From assembly GCA_963976765.1 (NCBI GenBank), contig CAXBME010000007.1, positions 124,001-188,000 of the forward strand: a DNA stretch of 64,000 nucleotides, read 5' to 3'. Of this stretch, positions 53,059-62,098 are shown piece after piece (position 1 is the stretch's first letter; every line of letters begins with the position of its first letter). This stretch comes from an uncultured Planctomycetaceae bacterium. Its GTDB lineage: Bacteria; Planctomycetota; Planctomycetia; Planctomycetales; Planctomycetaceae. Both the position numbers and the translations under genes were made by a program. The notes beneath the pieces were generated by a model that saw only the letters and a list, made by a program, of their open reading frames with translations, was not told the DNA's origin and ran no database searches.

Positions 53059-53376
53059 ATGACTCAGGAACGAATTCGAATCCGAATGGAAGCGTATGAT
53101 CACGCCATTCTGGATCTGTCAGCGACCGATATTGTGAACACGGCAAAGCGTACTGGTGCTGATGTTCGGGGGCCGGTTCCGCTGCCGACTCGGTGTGAGC
53201 GTTACACAGTGCTTCGCAGTCCGCATATTGACAAGAAGTCTCGGGAGCAGTTCGAGATTCGAACTCACAAGAGGCTGATTGAGATTCTGCAGCCGACGGG
53301 TAAGACGATTGATGCTTTGAATAAGCTGTCGTTGCCTGCTGGTGTTGATGTAAAGATTAAGGCAGGGGCTCGCTAG
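53059..53376 (+). CDS. rpsJ: 30S ribosomal protein S10
   Basis: [40 protein letters not shown]. Confidence 0.97.
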   Translation: MTQERIRIRMEAYDHAILDLSATDIVNTAKRTGADVRGPVPLPTRCERYTVLRSPHIDKKSREQFEIRTHKRLIEILQPTGKTIDALNKLSLPAGVDVKIKAGAR

Positions 53377-53539
53377 GCTGTTGCTTTTGTTGTGTTTCGC
53401 AGAGCCTTTGGTGGTTGCTCTGCTGAGATGCATAGACTTCTCTCAAGTGGCTTGAGGGATGAGGTTCTGGTTGAGCTTGCTGCTTGGTCAGGAATGGCGA
53501 TGTCGCCTCTGGTGACCTCTCAGCGATATGAGGATAGAG

Positions 53540-54121
53540 ATGCATACTGCGATTCTCGCAACAAAAGTCGGCATGACACAGGTCTATGACGATGGTGGGA
53601 ATGTTCAGCCTGTGACGGTGCTTGAAGTTGGGCCGTGCAGGGTTGAGTTGCTTCGCACTCTTGAGTGTGATGGTTATAGTGCTCTGCAGATGTCGCTTGA
53701 GCGAAGTGGCAAGGTTGTTGCTCGGCGTGAATCTCGCATTGAGCCGGATGTTCGGCAGTATGAAGTCGGTGAGCGGCTTGATGCCCCGTTTATTGAAGTT
53801 GGCGGTAAAGTTGATGTTGTCGGGACGAGTAAGGGTCGCGGCTTTGCTGGCGTTATGAAGCGTCACAACTTTGCAGGTCAGAGGGCGTCGCACGGTGTTA
53901 AAAAGTGCCATCGGCATCCTGGGTCGACTGGTATGAGTGCTGACCCTGCTCGGGTGATTAAAGGTACTAAGATGTCCGGTCGCTACGGTGGTGTGAAGTC
54001 GACTGTTCGCAATCTTGTTGTTGTTCGGTACGACGCGGAGCGTGGTGTTCTGGCTGTGAAGGGGGCGGTTCCGGGGCCGAATGGCGGCCTGGTTGCGGTT
54101 CGCATGCAGGTTGAGGCCTAG
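53540..54121 (+). CDS. rplC: 50S ribosomal protein L3 (short, internal deletion)
   Basis: KVGMTQV, PVTV, DGYSALQ, GTSKGRGFAGVMKRHNF, KGAVPGPNG. Confidence 0.95.
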   Translation: MHTAILATKVGMTQVYDDGGNVQPVTVLEVGPCRVELLRTLECDGYSALQMSLERSGKVVARRESRIEPDVRQYEVGERLDAPFIEVGGKVDVVGTSKGRGFAGVMKRHNFAGQRASHGVKKCHRHPGSTGMSADPARVIKGTKMSGRYGGVKSTVRNLVVVRYDAERGVLAVKGAVPGPNGGLVAVRMQVEA

Positions 54122-54182
54122 GTCTGTTGGTTTAGGTTTTTGTTGATAACTGAAATGAACAGTCGAATTCTGAGGCGGCCAG

Positions 54183-54809
54183 ATGGCTCGGGTTAATAAG
54201 CTTAATTCAGATCTTACAGTGGCAGGTGAAGTTGGTGTCGACGAGACGCAACTTGCAGCCAAGGTGACGAAGCAGCTCGTTCATGATGCTTGTGTGATGT
54301 ATCACGCAAACAGGCGTGTCGGGACAGTGCGGACGAAGTCGCGTGCTGAGATTGCCGGGACGCGAGCGAAGATGTATCGACAAAAGGGTACGGGTCGCGC
54401 GCGGGCCGGACATAAGCAGTCTCCGGTTCGGCGAGGCGGTGGTCACGCGTTTGCGAAGCGGCCTAAGGATTGGTCGTACGCGTTACCCCGGAAGGCCTTG
54501 CGGGTGGCGACGCGAATGGCTCTTCGTCTTAAGATAGAGGCGGGCCAGTTGAGTGTTGTTGAGTCGTTGGATTTGCCAGAGGTGCGTACCAGGTATGTGG
54601 CGGCGGCGATTCGGAGCGGTGGGTATCAAGGGCAAAGCTGTCTGTTTGTTACAGAAGGTGTGAATGCTGGTCTTGTGCGAGCTGCTCGAAATATTCCAAA
54701 AGTTTCAGTGCTGCCACGGGCTGACTTGAATGCCGATGTTTTAATGAGGCATCGGAACGTTCTGGTTCTGGGTGAGGCGGTGCCTTTGCTGTTTCGGCAG
54801 GAAGCTTAG
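54183..54809 (+). CDS. rplD: 50S ribosomal protein L4
   Basis: GTVRTKSRAE, RQKGTGRARAG, RGGG, ARNIP. Confidence 0.95.
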   Translation: MARVNKLNSDLTVAGEVGVDETQLAAKVTKQLVHDACVMYHANRRVGTVRTKSRAEIAGTRAKMYRQKGTGRARAGHKQSPVRRGGGHAFAKRPKDWSYALPRKALRVATRMALRLKIEAGQLSVVESLDLPEVRTRYVAAAIRSGGYQGQSCLFVTEGVNAGLVRAARNIPKVSVLPRADLNADVLMRHRNVLVLGEAVPLLFRQEA

Positions 54810-54857
54810 TTTTGAAGTTGATTGTTGTGTGTTTGCCAAGTGTAGGTTGGGTTGAGC

Positions 54858-55151
54858 ATGGTGGATCAGAGAGTTCGGTCAGAGCACATTCTTAAGGGTG
54901 TCATGCTCACAGAGAAAACTGCGTTCCAGGCGGAGAATCAGAACGTCTATTCGTTCGATGTGCCTCTCAGTGCGAACAAAGTTGAGATTCGTGAAGCGGT
55001 CGAGGCTGCTTTCGGTGTTCGTGTCTTGTCTGTGAATACAATTACTCGCTTGGGTCGGCCGAAGCGTCATCGGGCTCATTTCAGCCAGGGTCAGACAAGA
55101 AAACGTGCTCTGGTGAGGCTTCACGGCGAAGATCGAATCTCGCTGTACTAA
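54858..55151 (+). CDS. rplW: 50S ribosomal protein L23
   Basis: [30 protein letters not shown]; operon position. Confidence 0.92.
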   Translation: MVDQRVRSEHILKGVMLTEKTAFQAENQNVYSFDVPLSANKVEIREAVEAAFGVRVLSVNTITRLGRPKRHRAHFSQGQTRKRALVRLHGEDRISLY

Positions 55152-55176
55152 TATCGAAAGATTGCGGAGATACGTT

Positions 55177-56034
55177 GTGGGAATTCGCATATACAAGCCA
55201 ACTAGTGCTGGGCGGCGCAATGCGTCTGTAAGTACGTTCGAAGAGCTGACCTTTAAGGGGAATAGGCCTGAGAAGAGTCTGATTCGGCGTGCTGCAAAAA
55301 CAGGCGGGCGAAATCATCAGGGCAAGATTACGGCACATCATCGTGGCGGTGGTCACAAGCGGATGTATCGTATTATTGATTTCAAGCGGCGGGTTGACGG
55401 CGTTGCTGGCTTGGTGAAGTCTGTTGAGTACGATCCAAATCGCTCCTCAAATATTGCTCTGGTGTGCTATGAGGACGGTCAGAAAGCTTATATTATTGCC
55501 CCGGCAGGATTGGTGGCCGGGAGTAAGGTTTACAGTGGTGATTCCGGTGTTGAGCCGAAAGTTGGGAACTCAATGCCGCTGTCACAGATTCCTTTGGGGT
55601 CTGTGATTCATAACATTGAGCTGCAGCCGGGGCGTGGTGGTCAGTTGTGTCGAAGTGCAGGCACAAGTGCCGTTATGAATGCTCGCGAGGGGAACTGGGC
55701 TCAAATTACTTTGCCATCGGGTGAGGTTCGGCGAGTGCCGGCCAGTTGTCGAGCCACAATGGGTGAGGTTGGCAACTCTGATCACCAGAATGTGGTGTTA
55801 GGGAAAGCTGGGCGGCGACGCTGGATGGGTTGGAGGCCGCATGTTCGAGGGACCTGCAAGAACCCTCATGATCACCCTCATGGGGGTGGTGAAGGTCGGA
55901 CCAAGGGGGGGCGTCATCCATGCAGTCCTACTGGGAAGCTGTCTAAAGGTGGGGCCACGAGGAAGAAGAAGAAAGCCTCAAGTGACGCAATTCTTCGCCG
56001 GCGGAAGTCGCGTAGGAATGGTCAGCTCAAGTAG
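55177..56034 (+). CDS. rplB: 50S ribosomal protein L2
   Basis: [40 protein letters not shown]. Confidence 0.97.
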   Translation: MGIRIYKPTSAGRRNASVSTFEELTFKGNRPEKSLIRRAAKTGGRNHQGKITAHHRGGGHKRMYRIIDFKRRVDGVAGLVKSVEYDPNRSSNIALVCYEDGQKAYIIAPAGLVAGSKVYSGDSGVEPKVGNSMPLSQIPLGSVIHNIELQPGRGGQLCRSAGTSAVMNAREGNWAQITLPSGEVRRVPASCRATMGEVGNSDHQNVVLGKAGRRRWMGWRPHVRGTCKNPHDHPHGGGEGRTKGGRHPCSPTGKLSKGGATRKKKKASSDAILRRRKSRRNGQLK

Positions 56035-56099
56035 CTGGTCTGGCAGACATGAACTGTTAGTAATAGTTACCCGGTTGTGTAGAGATTGAGGAAGGCTAG

Positions 56100-56363
56100 A
56101 TGTCACGGTCGCTCAAAAAAGGTCCATATGTCGACGAAAAGCTTCTGCAGAAGATCGACCGTATGGGGCCCACTAAACAGCCGATTAAAACATGGGCTCG
56201 TAGTTCAACGATCGCGCCGGAGTTTATTGGTCACACGTTTCTGGTGCACAACGGAAAGATCTTTTTGAACGTCTACGTGACGGAAGAAATGGTTGGGCAT
56301 AAGCTTGGTGAGTTTTCGCCAACCAGGACGTTTCGCGGGCACGGTGCTCGAGGTAAGCGGTAG
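56100..56363 (+). CDS. rpsS: 30S ribosomal protein S19
   Basis: [30 protein letters not shown]. Confidence 0.97.
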   Translation: MSRSLKKGPYVDEKLLQKIDRMGPTKQPIKTWARSSTIAPEFIGHTFLVHNGKIFLNVYVTEEMVGHKLGEFSPTRTFRGHGARGKR

Positions 56364-56401
56364 GCGATTCTTAAACGGCGGATGGTTCCTGAGGTTTAAT
56401 T

Positions 56402-56743
56402 ATGGCGCTTGTGAAAAGCGAACATCGATATGCAAGAATCGCTTCTACGAAAGTGAATCGAATTCTGCCAATTATTCGTGGTCGCGAAGTTGGCGACAGT
56501 CTTGACTTGTTGAAAACTCTGCCAAATCTGGCGGCTCGGTTGGTTGAGGCTGTGGTGCAGACTGCTGCTGCTAATGCCGCCGAGGCGGGCGTTCGTAACG
56601 TTGAGAAGCTTCGCATTACAGAAGCGGTTGCTAATTGCGGTCCAATGTATAAGCGAATTCGGCCGGGAGCCCGAGGGATGGCTCATGTGGAAAAGCACAG
56701 AACATCCCATATTCGTGTCAAAATCGATGTGCCCGAACTCTAG
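56402..56743 (+). CDS. rplV: 50S ribosomal protein L22
   Basis: RYARI, IRG, AAANA, GPMYKRIRPGARG, RTSHI. Confidence 0.93.
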   Translation: MALVKSEHRYARIASTKVNRILPIIRGREVGDSLDLLKTLPNLAARLVEAVVQTAAANAAEAGVRNVEKLRITEAVANCGPMYKRIRPGARGMAHVEKHRTSHIRVKIDVPEL

Positions 56744-56794
56744 GTCGGTCTGGTCTTTGGTGTTTTGGGATCAACAGTAATTCGGGGTAACGGA

Positions 56795-57493
56795 ATGGGA
56801 CAGAAAGTAAGGCCGACTGGTTTTCGTGTTGGAATTACGGAGCCTTGGCGAAGCCGCTGGTATGCTCCAAAAAAATACTACGGAGAGCTTCTGGTTGAAG
56901 ATCAGAAGATTCGTGAGTTTATCCGGAAGAAGTATCAGTTTGCTGGTGTCTCAAGAGTCGAGATTGAGAGAACTCGCGATCAGGTGGTAGTTCATCTCCA
57001 TACTTCACGGCCTGGGATCATCATCGGTCGTAAGGGGCAGGAAGTTGATCGGCTGAAGGCTGAGATGGAAGCGCTAACTGGTCGTCATCTCGATCTTAAG
57101 ATTGTCGAAATCAACCATCCGAACAGAAATGCATCGTTGGTTGCTCAGGATATTGCCCAGCAGTTGTCAAAACGTGGTTCGTTTCGACGCACGATTAAGC
57201 GTTCGCTTGAGCAGGTGATTGAGGCGGGCGCAAAAGGTATTAAGGTGCAACTGTCGGGGCGACTCGGCGGTGCGGAAATGTCTCGGTGTGAAAAAGCAAG
57301 CAGGGGTTCGGTTCCTCTTTCAACGTTAAGGCGTCACATTGATTACAGCCTCGCTGAGGCTAATACAAAGATGGGCGTGATTGGCGTAAAAGTCTGGATT
57401 GACCTCGGCGACTATAGTGAGGAGTTAACTGATGGCCCTGATGCCAAAACGAGTAAAGCATCGCAAAAGCCAAAGAGGTCGTATAAAAGGTAA
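56795..57493 (+). CDS. rpsC: 30S ribosomal protein S3
   Basis: MGQKVRPTGFRVG, RPGIIIGRKG, SGRLGGAEM, GVKVWI. Confidence 0.97.
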   Translation: MGQKVRPTGFRVGITEPWRSRWYAPKKYYGELLVEDQKIREFIRKKYQFAGVSRVEIERTRDQVVVHLHTSRPGIIIGRKGQEVDRLKAEMEALTGRHLDLKIVEINHPNRNASLVAQDIAQQLSKRGSFRRTIKRSLEQVIEAGAKGIKVQLSGRLGGAEMSRCEKASRGSVPLSTLRRHIDYSLAEANTKMGVIGVKVWIDLGDYSEELTDGPDAKTSKASQKPKRSYKR

Positions 57494-57857
57494 TGCGACT
57501 CGCGGCCACAGGGTGTCGTTTGGTGATTTTGGCCTACAGGCTGCTCAGCCGGGTCATATTACAGCGCAAACGATTGAAGCCTGTCGAATTGCGATCATGC
57601 AGTACATTCGCGGCGAAGGAAAGCTGTACATACGAGTGTTTCCTCATCGTTCCGTGACATCCCGCCCGCTTGAAACCCGAATGGGTAAGGGTAAAGGGGA
57701 TCCGGATCACTGGGTGGCTGTCGTGAAGCCTGGGACAGTGATGTTCGAGGTCGCAGGTGTGTCACTGGACGCTGCAAAAGAGTGTTTTGCACGTGTGGCC
57801 TACAAGCTGCCCGTTAAAGTTAGGTTAGTTGGTCGACAGCTTGGAGCAGGATCGTAG
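57432..57857 (+). CDS. rplP: 50S ribosomal protein L16
   Basis: MPKRVKHRKSQRG, IRVFP, RMGKGKG, KLPVK. Confidence 0.97.
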   Translation: MALMPKRVKHRKSQRGRIKGNATRGHRVSFGDFGLQAAQPGHITAQTIEACRIAIMQYIRGEGKLYIRVFPHRSVTSRPLETRMGKGKGDPDHWVAVVKPGTVMFEVAGVSLDAAKECFARVAYKLPVKVRLVGRQLGAGS

Positions 57858-57865
57858 GTCTGGCT

Positions 57866-58063
57866 ATGGCGAACACGAAACAGCTGAGAGAAATGACAAC
57901 TGAGCAGTTGCAGCACGAACTGGCTGAGGCGAGGAAGAATTTTCTCGATCGGTCAGTGCGGACTTCTGCTTCTCAGGATGAGACAGGGCCCAGTCGCATG
58001 CAGTTGCGGCGGGGTATTGCCAAGATTCGAACAATTTTGCGTGAGCGCGAAATCGAAGCCTGA
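57866..58063 (+). CDS. rpmC: 50S ribosomal protein L29 (divergent)
   Basis: LREMTTEQL...LRRGIAKIRTILRER; operon position. Confidence 0.9.
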   Translation: MANTKQLREMTTEQLQHELAEARKNFLDRSVRTSASQDETGPSRMQLRRGIAKIRTILREREIEA

Positions 58064-58077
58064 AAAAGGGTGATCCG

Positions 58078-58317
58078 TTGAAACAAACACTGATTGGTAT
58101 TGTCACCAGTACAAAATCTTCGAAGACCCTGCGGGTGGAAGTGCCACGTAAAGTTCGGCACCCACTTTATGGCAAGATCGTAAGCCAGAGAACTGTCTGT
58201 CACGCTCACGACGAGAACGAAGAAGCGCAGGTCGACGATCGTGTTGAGATTGTCGAAAGCAGGCCGCATTCACGCCTGAAGAGATGGGAATTGGTGAAGG
58301 TGCTTTCCCGTCATTGA
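58078..58317 (+). CDS. rpsQ: 30S ribosomal protein S17
   Basis: [30 protein letters not shown] start. Confidence 0.95.
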   Translation: MKQTLIGIVTSTKSSKTLRVEVPRKVRHPLYGKIVSQRTVCHAHDENEEAQVDDRVEIVESRPHSRLKRWELVKVLSRH

Positions 58318-58378
58318 TTGCTCACATTTGGAAACTTTGTCAGCCTACGAGTTGATATATTTACTAGGAATTGTGTCG

Positions 58379-58747
58379 ATGATCCAGATGCAGACGGTGC
58401 TGGACGTAGCTGACAATAGCGGCGCCAAGGTTGTTCGTTGCATTAAGGTTCTTGGTGGAACCGGGAAACGGGTGGCCGGACTGGGTGAGGTCGTCGTGTT
58501 GAGTGTTCAGAAAACTGTCCCTGGTGGTGCCATCAAGAAAGGGCAGGTTGTTCGCGGCGTGATCGTTCGCTGTCGTAAGGCAACTCGTCGATCTGATGGG
58601 TCGTACGTTCGGTTTGATCGAAACGCCGTTGTGATTGTGGATGCAGATGGAAATCCGCGGGGAACGCGAATCTTCGGAGCTGTTGCTCGTGAGCTTCGCG
58701 AACGCCGGTTCATGAGAATCATCAGTTTGGCAAGCGAAGTTGTCTAA
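58379..58747 (+). CDS. rplN: 50S ribosomal protein L14
   Basis: [38 protein letters not shown]. Confidence 0.97.
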   Translation: MIQMQTVLDVADNSGAKVVRCIKVLGGTGKRVAGLGEVVVLSVQKTVPGGAIKKGQVVRGVIVRCRKATRRSDGSYVRFDRNAVVIVDADGNPRGTRIFGAVARELRERRFMRIISLASEVV

Positions 58748-58795
58748 TCTGAGAGCTGGGTTTAATTTCGCTTTGACGGGTAAGGCAGTCGGAAG

Positions 58796-59350
58796 ATGGC
58801 ACGAGTACAGCAGCGGTATCAAACTGAGATCATTCCAGCTCTTGCGAAAGAGCTTGGGCTGAAGAATCAACTGGCTGTTCCGCGAATCGAGCGGGTCGTC
58901 GTCAGTATGGGGATCTCTAATTCTCATACTGACAGGAAGCGACTTGAGCAGTCCGCGGAACAACTGGGTATCATTACAGGCCAGAAAGCAAAGATCACAC
59001 GAGCACGGCGGTCCATCGCCAACTTCAAACTTCGCGAGGGGATGGAGATTGGATGTTGTGTAACCCTTCGTCGGGCAAGGATGTGGGAGTTCTTGGATCG
59101 TCTGATCTCTATTGCTCTTCCTCGAGTCCGCGACTTCAGGGGGTTGAATGATAAAGCTTTTGATGGGCGTGGAAACTTCAGTATGGGGCTGACTGAACAA
59201 CTTGTGTTCCCTGAGGTTGACGTAGACAAGGCGACTTTCGTCCAAGGCATGAACATCACAGTTGTTACGACAGCGAAAACAAACGACGAGGGGCGTGCAC
59301 TTCTGAGGGCTATTGGGTTCCCGTTCCAGAAGCCGGAAGTCACTAACTGA
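58796..59350 (+). CDS. rplE: 50S ribosomal protein L5
   Basis: ITGQKA, FKLREG, LPRVRDFRG, FDGRGN, EQLVFPE. Confidence 0.97.
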   Translation: MARVQQRYQTEIIPALAKELGLKNQLAVPRIERVVVSMGISNSHTDRKRLEQSAEQLGIITGQKAKITRARRSIANFKLREGMEIGCCVTLRRARMWEFLDRLISIALPRVRDFRGLNDKAFDGRGNFSMGLTEQLVFPEVDVDKATFVQGMNITVVTTAKTNDEGRALLRAIGFPFQKPEVTN

Positions 59351-59401
59351 ACCAACAGGCCAGCGGCGGCTGGCTGATTGAGACCTTGGGGAGCCAAAGA
59401 A

Positions 59402-59587
59402 GTGGCAAGTAAGTCTAAAATCGCAAAGTCCAAAAGGACGCCAAAGTTCAGCAGTCGAATTCAACGGCGTTGTCAGCTTTGCGGTCGCCCTCGGGCGGTT
59501 TATCGAAAGTTTCATGTCTGCCGAATCTGTTTCCGGAACCTGTGCCTCGACGGCGTAGTGCCTGGTGCCAGAAAAGCCAGTTGGTAA
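59402..59587 (+). CDS. rpsN: 30S ribosomal protein S14, zinc-binding (type Z)
   Basis: [23 protein letters not shown]...KASW; GTG start. Confidence 0.96.
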   Translation: MASKSKIAKSKRTPKFSSRIQRRCQLCGRPRAVYRKFHVCRICFRNLCLDGVVPGARKASW

Positions 59588-59606
59588 GCGGCGTCCGGAG
59601 AATATT

Positions 59607-60002
59607 ATGCACAGTGATCCAATTGCTGACATGTTGACGCGAATCAGGAACGGTGTTTCAATCGAACGTCCGTTCGTTGACGTGCCTTATTCCAGATTGA
59701 AACATAACGTTGCGGAAGTCTTGCAGCGCGAAGGGTTTATCTGGGATGCAGAGGTTGTCGAGAGTGAGCCGGTTCGCACGCTTCGCGTGAATCTCAAGTA
59801 CGGCCCTAACGGTGAAATGGTCATCAACCACATTCAGCGTGTGAGTCGACCTGGTCGCCGCGTGTACGCGGCTGCGTCTGAGATGAATCGTGTTCGGCAC
59901 GGCACAGGCATCACGGTCGTCACTACTCCGCAGGGTGTTCTGAGTAATCGCGAAGCACGAAAAGGCCATGTTGGCGGCGAAGTGCTCGCTGAGGTCTGGT
60001 AA
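59607..60002 (+). CDS. rpsH: 30S ribosomal protein S8
   Basis: DPIADMLTRIRN, RVSRPGRRVY, GGEVLAEVW. Confidence 0.97.
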   Translation: MHSDPIADMLTRIRNGVSIERPFVDVPYSRLKHNVAEVLQREGFIWDAEVVESEPVRTLRVNLKYGPNGEMVINHIQRVSRPGRRVYAAASEMNRVRHGTGITVVTTPQGVLSNREARKGHVGGEVLAEVW

Positions 60003-60053
60003 TTCCACGTTGATTCATGCGACGCATGGAACACGTCTGTATCGAGAGTTGAT

Positions 60054-60602
60054 ATGTCACGTATCGGTAAAAAGCCAATCGAGATTCCGGCAAAGGTCGA
60101 AGTCTCAGTCAGTGGCCGAGATGTTACTGTTAAAGGCCCGAATGGTACTCTGCAGTGGCAGCACCCTGAGGGGGTCAGTGTTGAAGTTGACAGTGAGGCG
60201 AAACGTGTCACTGTCACCCGCGAATCTGACGCCGGGTCGTTGCGTGCATTTCACGGGCTCACTCGGGCGCTTTTGAATAACATGGTGGTTGGCGTCGTTG
60301 AACACTTCGAGAAGCGTCTCGAAATTCAAGGAGTCGGCTATCAAGCAACATTAAGCGGAGGGGAGTTGCGACTGCAAGTTGGCTTCTCTCACTCTGTCGA
60401 CCTTAAGGTTCCTTCCGATATTGACTGTTCTCTTGTCAGTCCGACATTGATCGTGGTCAAAGGCTGTAACAAGCACTCAGTCGGCCAGTTTGCAGCAAAC
60501 ATAAGAGCAGTCCGCCCCCCAGAGCCCTATAAGGGCAAAGGCATTCGTTACCAGGGTGAACACGTTCGCCGCAAAGCTGGTAAGGCGTTTGGCTCGAAGT
60601 AG
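60054..60602 (+). CDS. rplF: 50S ribosomal protein L6
   Basis: MSRIGKKPI, VKGPNG, PEPYKGKGIRY, RRKAGK. Confidence 0.97.
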   Translation: MSRIGKKPIEIPAKVEVSVSGRDVTVKGPNGTLQWQHPEGVSVEVDSEAKRVTVTRESDAGSLRAFHGLTRALLNNMVVGVVEHFEKRLEIQGVGYQATLSGGELRLQVGFSHSVDLKVPSDIDCSLVSPTLIVVKGCNKHSVGQFAANIRAVRPPEPYKGKGIRYQGEHVRRKAGKAFGSK

Positions 60603-60665
60603 GGTGGCAGTAGATTTTTAACGGTACATACAGGCAGGTTAACAACGCGTGCGGGGACGTCGGCA

Positions 60666-61034
60666 ATGGTAAGTAATATTAAACGGCAGCAACTTAGAAG
60701 GAAACGGCGCGTTAATCGTGTCAGGAATTCAATTCGGCGTTGCTCAACACGTCAGTACCGCCTGTCCGTCTTCCGAAGCAACAGCAATATCTATGCTCAG
60801 CTGATCGATGACGCTAAGGGGATTACCGTGTGTGCTGTAAATACGCTGCAAGGTAGTGTTTCAAACGCGAATGGTGGGAGTGTCGCCGCGGCAACTCAGG
60901 TCGGTACTCGAATTGCCGAACTCGCGGTCGGATTAAACATTAAAGAAGCGGCGCTTGATCGTGGTGCCTATCGTTATCATGGTCGTATCGCAGCGTTGGC
61001 TGATGCTGCTCGAGCGGCTGGATTAAATTTATAA
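60666..61034 (+). CDS. rplR: 50S ribosomal protein L18
   Basis: [35 protein letters not shown]. Confidence 0.95.
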   Translation: MVSNIKRQQLRRKRRVNRVRNSIRRCSTRQYRLSVFRSNSNIYAQLIDDAKGITVCAVNTLQGSVSNANGGSVAAATQVGTRIAELAVGLNIKEAALDRGAYRYHGRIAALADAARAAGLNL

Positions 61035-61087
61035 GTTTGAGTCAGAACGTACCCTCGCATCGGATTGATGTGAGCTTGGAGACGGTA

Positions 61088-61582
61088 ATGTCTGAAGTTG
61101 TAAGTCGGCAGGAATCTGCTGAGCACGTAGTATCGATTCGCCGTTGTGCCTGTGTTGTAAAGGGTGGGCGTCGGTTCAGCTTTACAGCGCTCGTCGTTGT
61201 CGGGGACCGGAATGGTCGAGTCGGCTGGGGGTATGGCAAGGCGCCAGAAGTTCCTCAAGCTGTAGAAAAAGCCGTGAAGCAGGCTGAGAGGAAACTTGAG
61301 ACCGTTTGCTTGAAGCAGATTGAACCGGGCGTCACTGTCCCGCATGAAATTGTTGGTCGTTACGGTGCGGCTCGAGTCTTGTTAATTCCAGCCCGACCGG
61401 GAACTGGAGTTATCGCAGGAGGCTGTGTTCGGTCTGTGCTGGACGCTGCGGGTATCACGGATATCCTTACCAAGAGTCAGGGATCGAACAACCCCCTCAA
61501 CCTTGTGAAGGCAACACTTAACGGACTAGGTCAGCTTCAGGCGCTGGAAGACGTGCAGCGGCTTCGAGGCGTGAAACTGTAA
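61088..61582 (+). CDS. rpsE: 30S ribosomal protein S5
   Basis: [38 protein letters not shown]. Confidence 0.97.
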   Translation: MSEVVSRQESAEHVVSIRRCACVVKGGRRFSFTALVVVGDRNGRVGWGYGKAPEVPQAVEKAVKQAERKLETVCLKQIEPGVTVPHEIVGRYGAARVLLIPARPGTGVIAGGCVRSVLDAAGITDILTKSQGSNNPLNLVKATLNGLGQLQALEDVQRLRGVKL

Positions 61583-61630
61583 GTTTAATGACCTGTTCGA
61601 TGGCTATCAAAATGCCATCAGGAGAAATCA

Positions 61631-62077
61631 ATGGTCAGTCTCTCTGACATCAATCATGATATCGTGCGGCACAAGCGTAAGCGGCGTGTTGGGCGAGGTA
61701 ACGGTAGTGGATACGGTAAGACGGCTTCTCGAGGCGAAAACGGCGCTGGAAGCAGGGCTGGTAATCGTCGGCGACGCGGGTACGAAGGTGGCCAGATGCC
61801 ACTGTTCAGACGCGTCGCGAAACGAGGATTTTCGAATGCTGCGTTTACCGGCGAGATCGTCGTAATTAACGTCGATCAGCTGGAGACGAGGTTTGAAGAT
61901 GGTCAGGACGTCACGCTTTCAGAACTGAAGAAGGCGTTCTCGCTGTCCCGAAAAGTGGAAGTCAAAATTCTCGGCCGCGGTGAGCTGACGCGAAAGCTTA
62001 ATGTGTGCGCAAACGCCTTCTCCGCATCAGCTGAGGCTGCGATCACTGCCGTCGGCGGTTCTGTGGTTCGCGTTTGA
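61631..62077 (+). CDS. rplO: 50S ribosomal protein L15
   Basis: RRVGRGNGSG, EGGQMPLFRR, KILGRG. Confidence 0.96.
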   Translation: MVSLSDINHDIVRHKRKRRVGRGNGSGYGKTASRGENGAGSRAGNRRRRGYEGGQMPLFRRVAKRGFSNAAFTGEIVVINVDQLETRFEDGQDVTLSELKKAFSLSRKVEVKILGRGELTRKLNVCANAFSASAEAAITAVGGSVVRV

Positions 62078-62098
62078 CGCCGGATAGGAACGTGACTG

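Noticed and set aside
58364..59632. 422-aa minus-strand ORF (also 53357-54262)
   Set aside because: Antisense to clear ribosomal protein genes; no uL24-like or other motif, so it does not explain the missing rplX.
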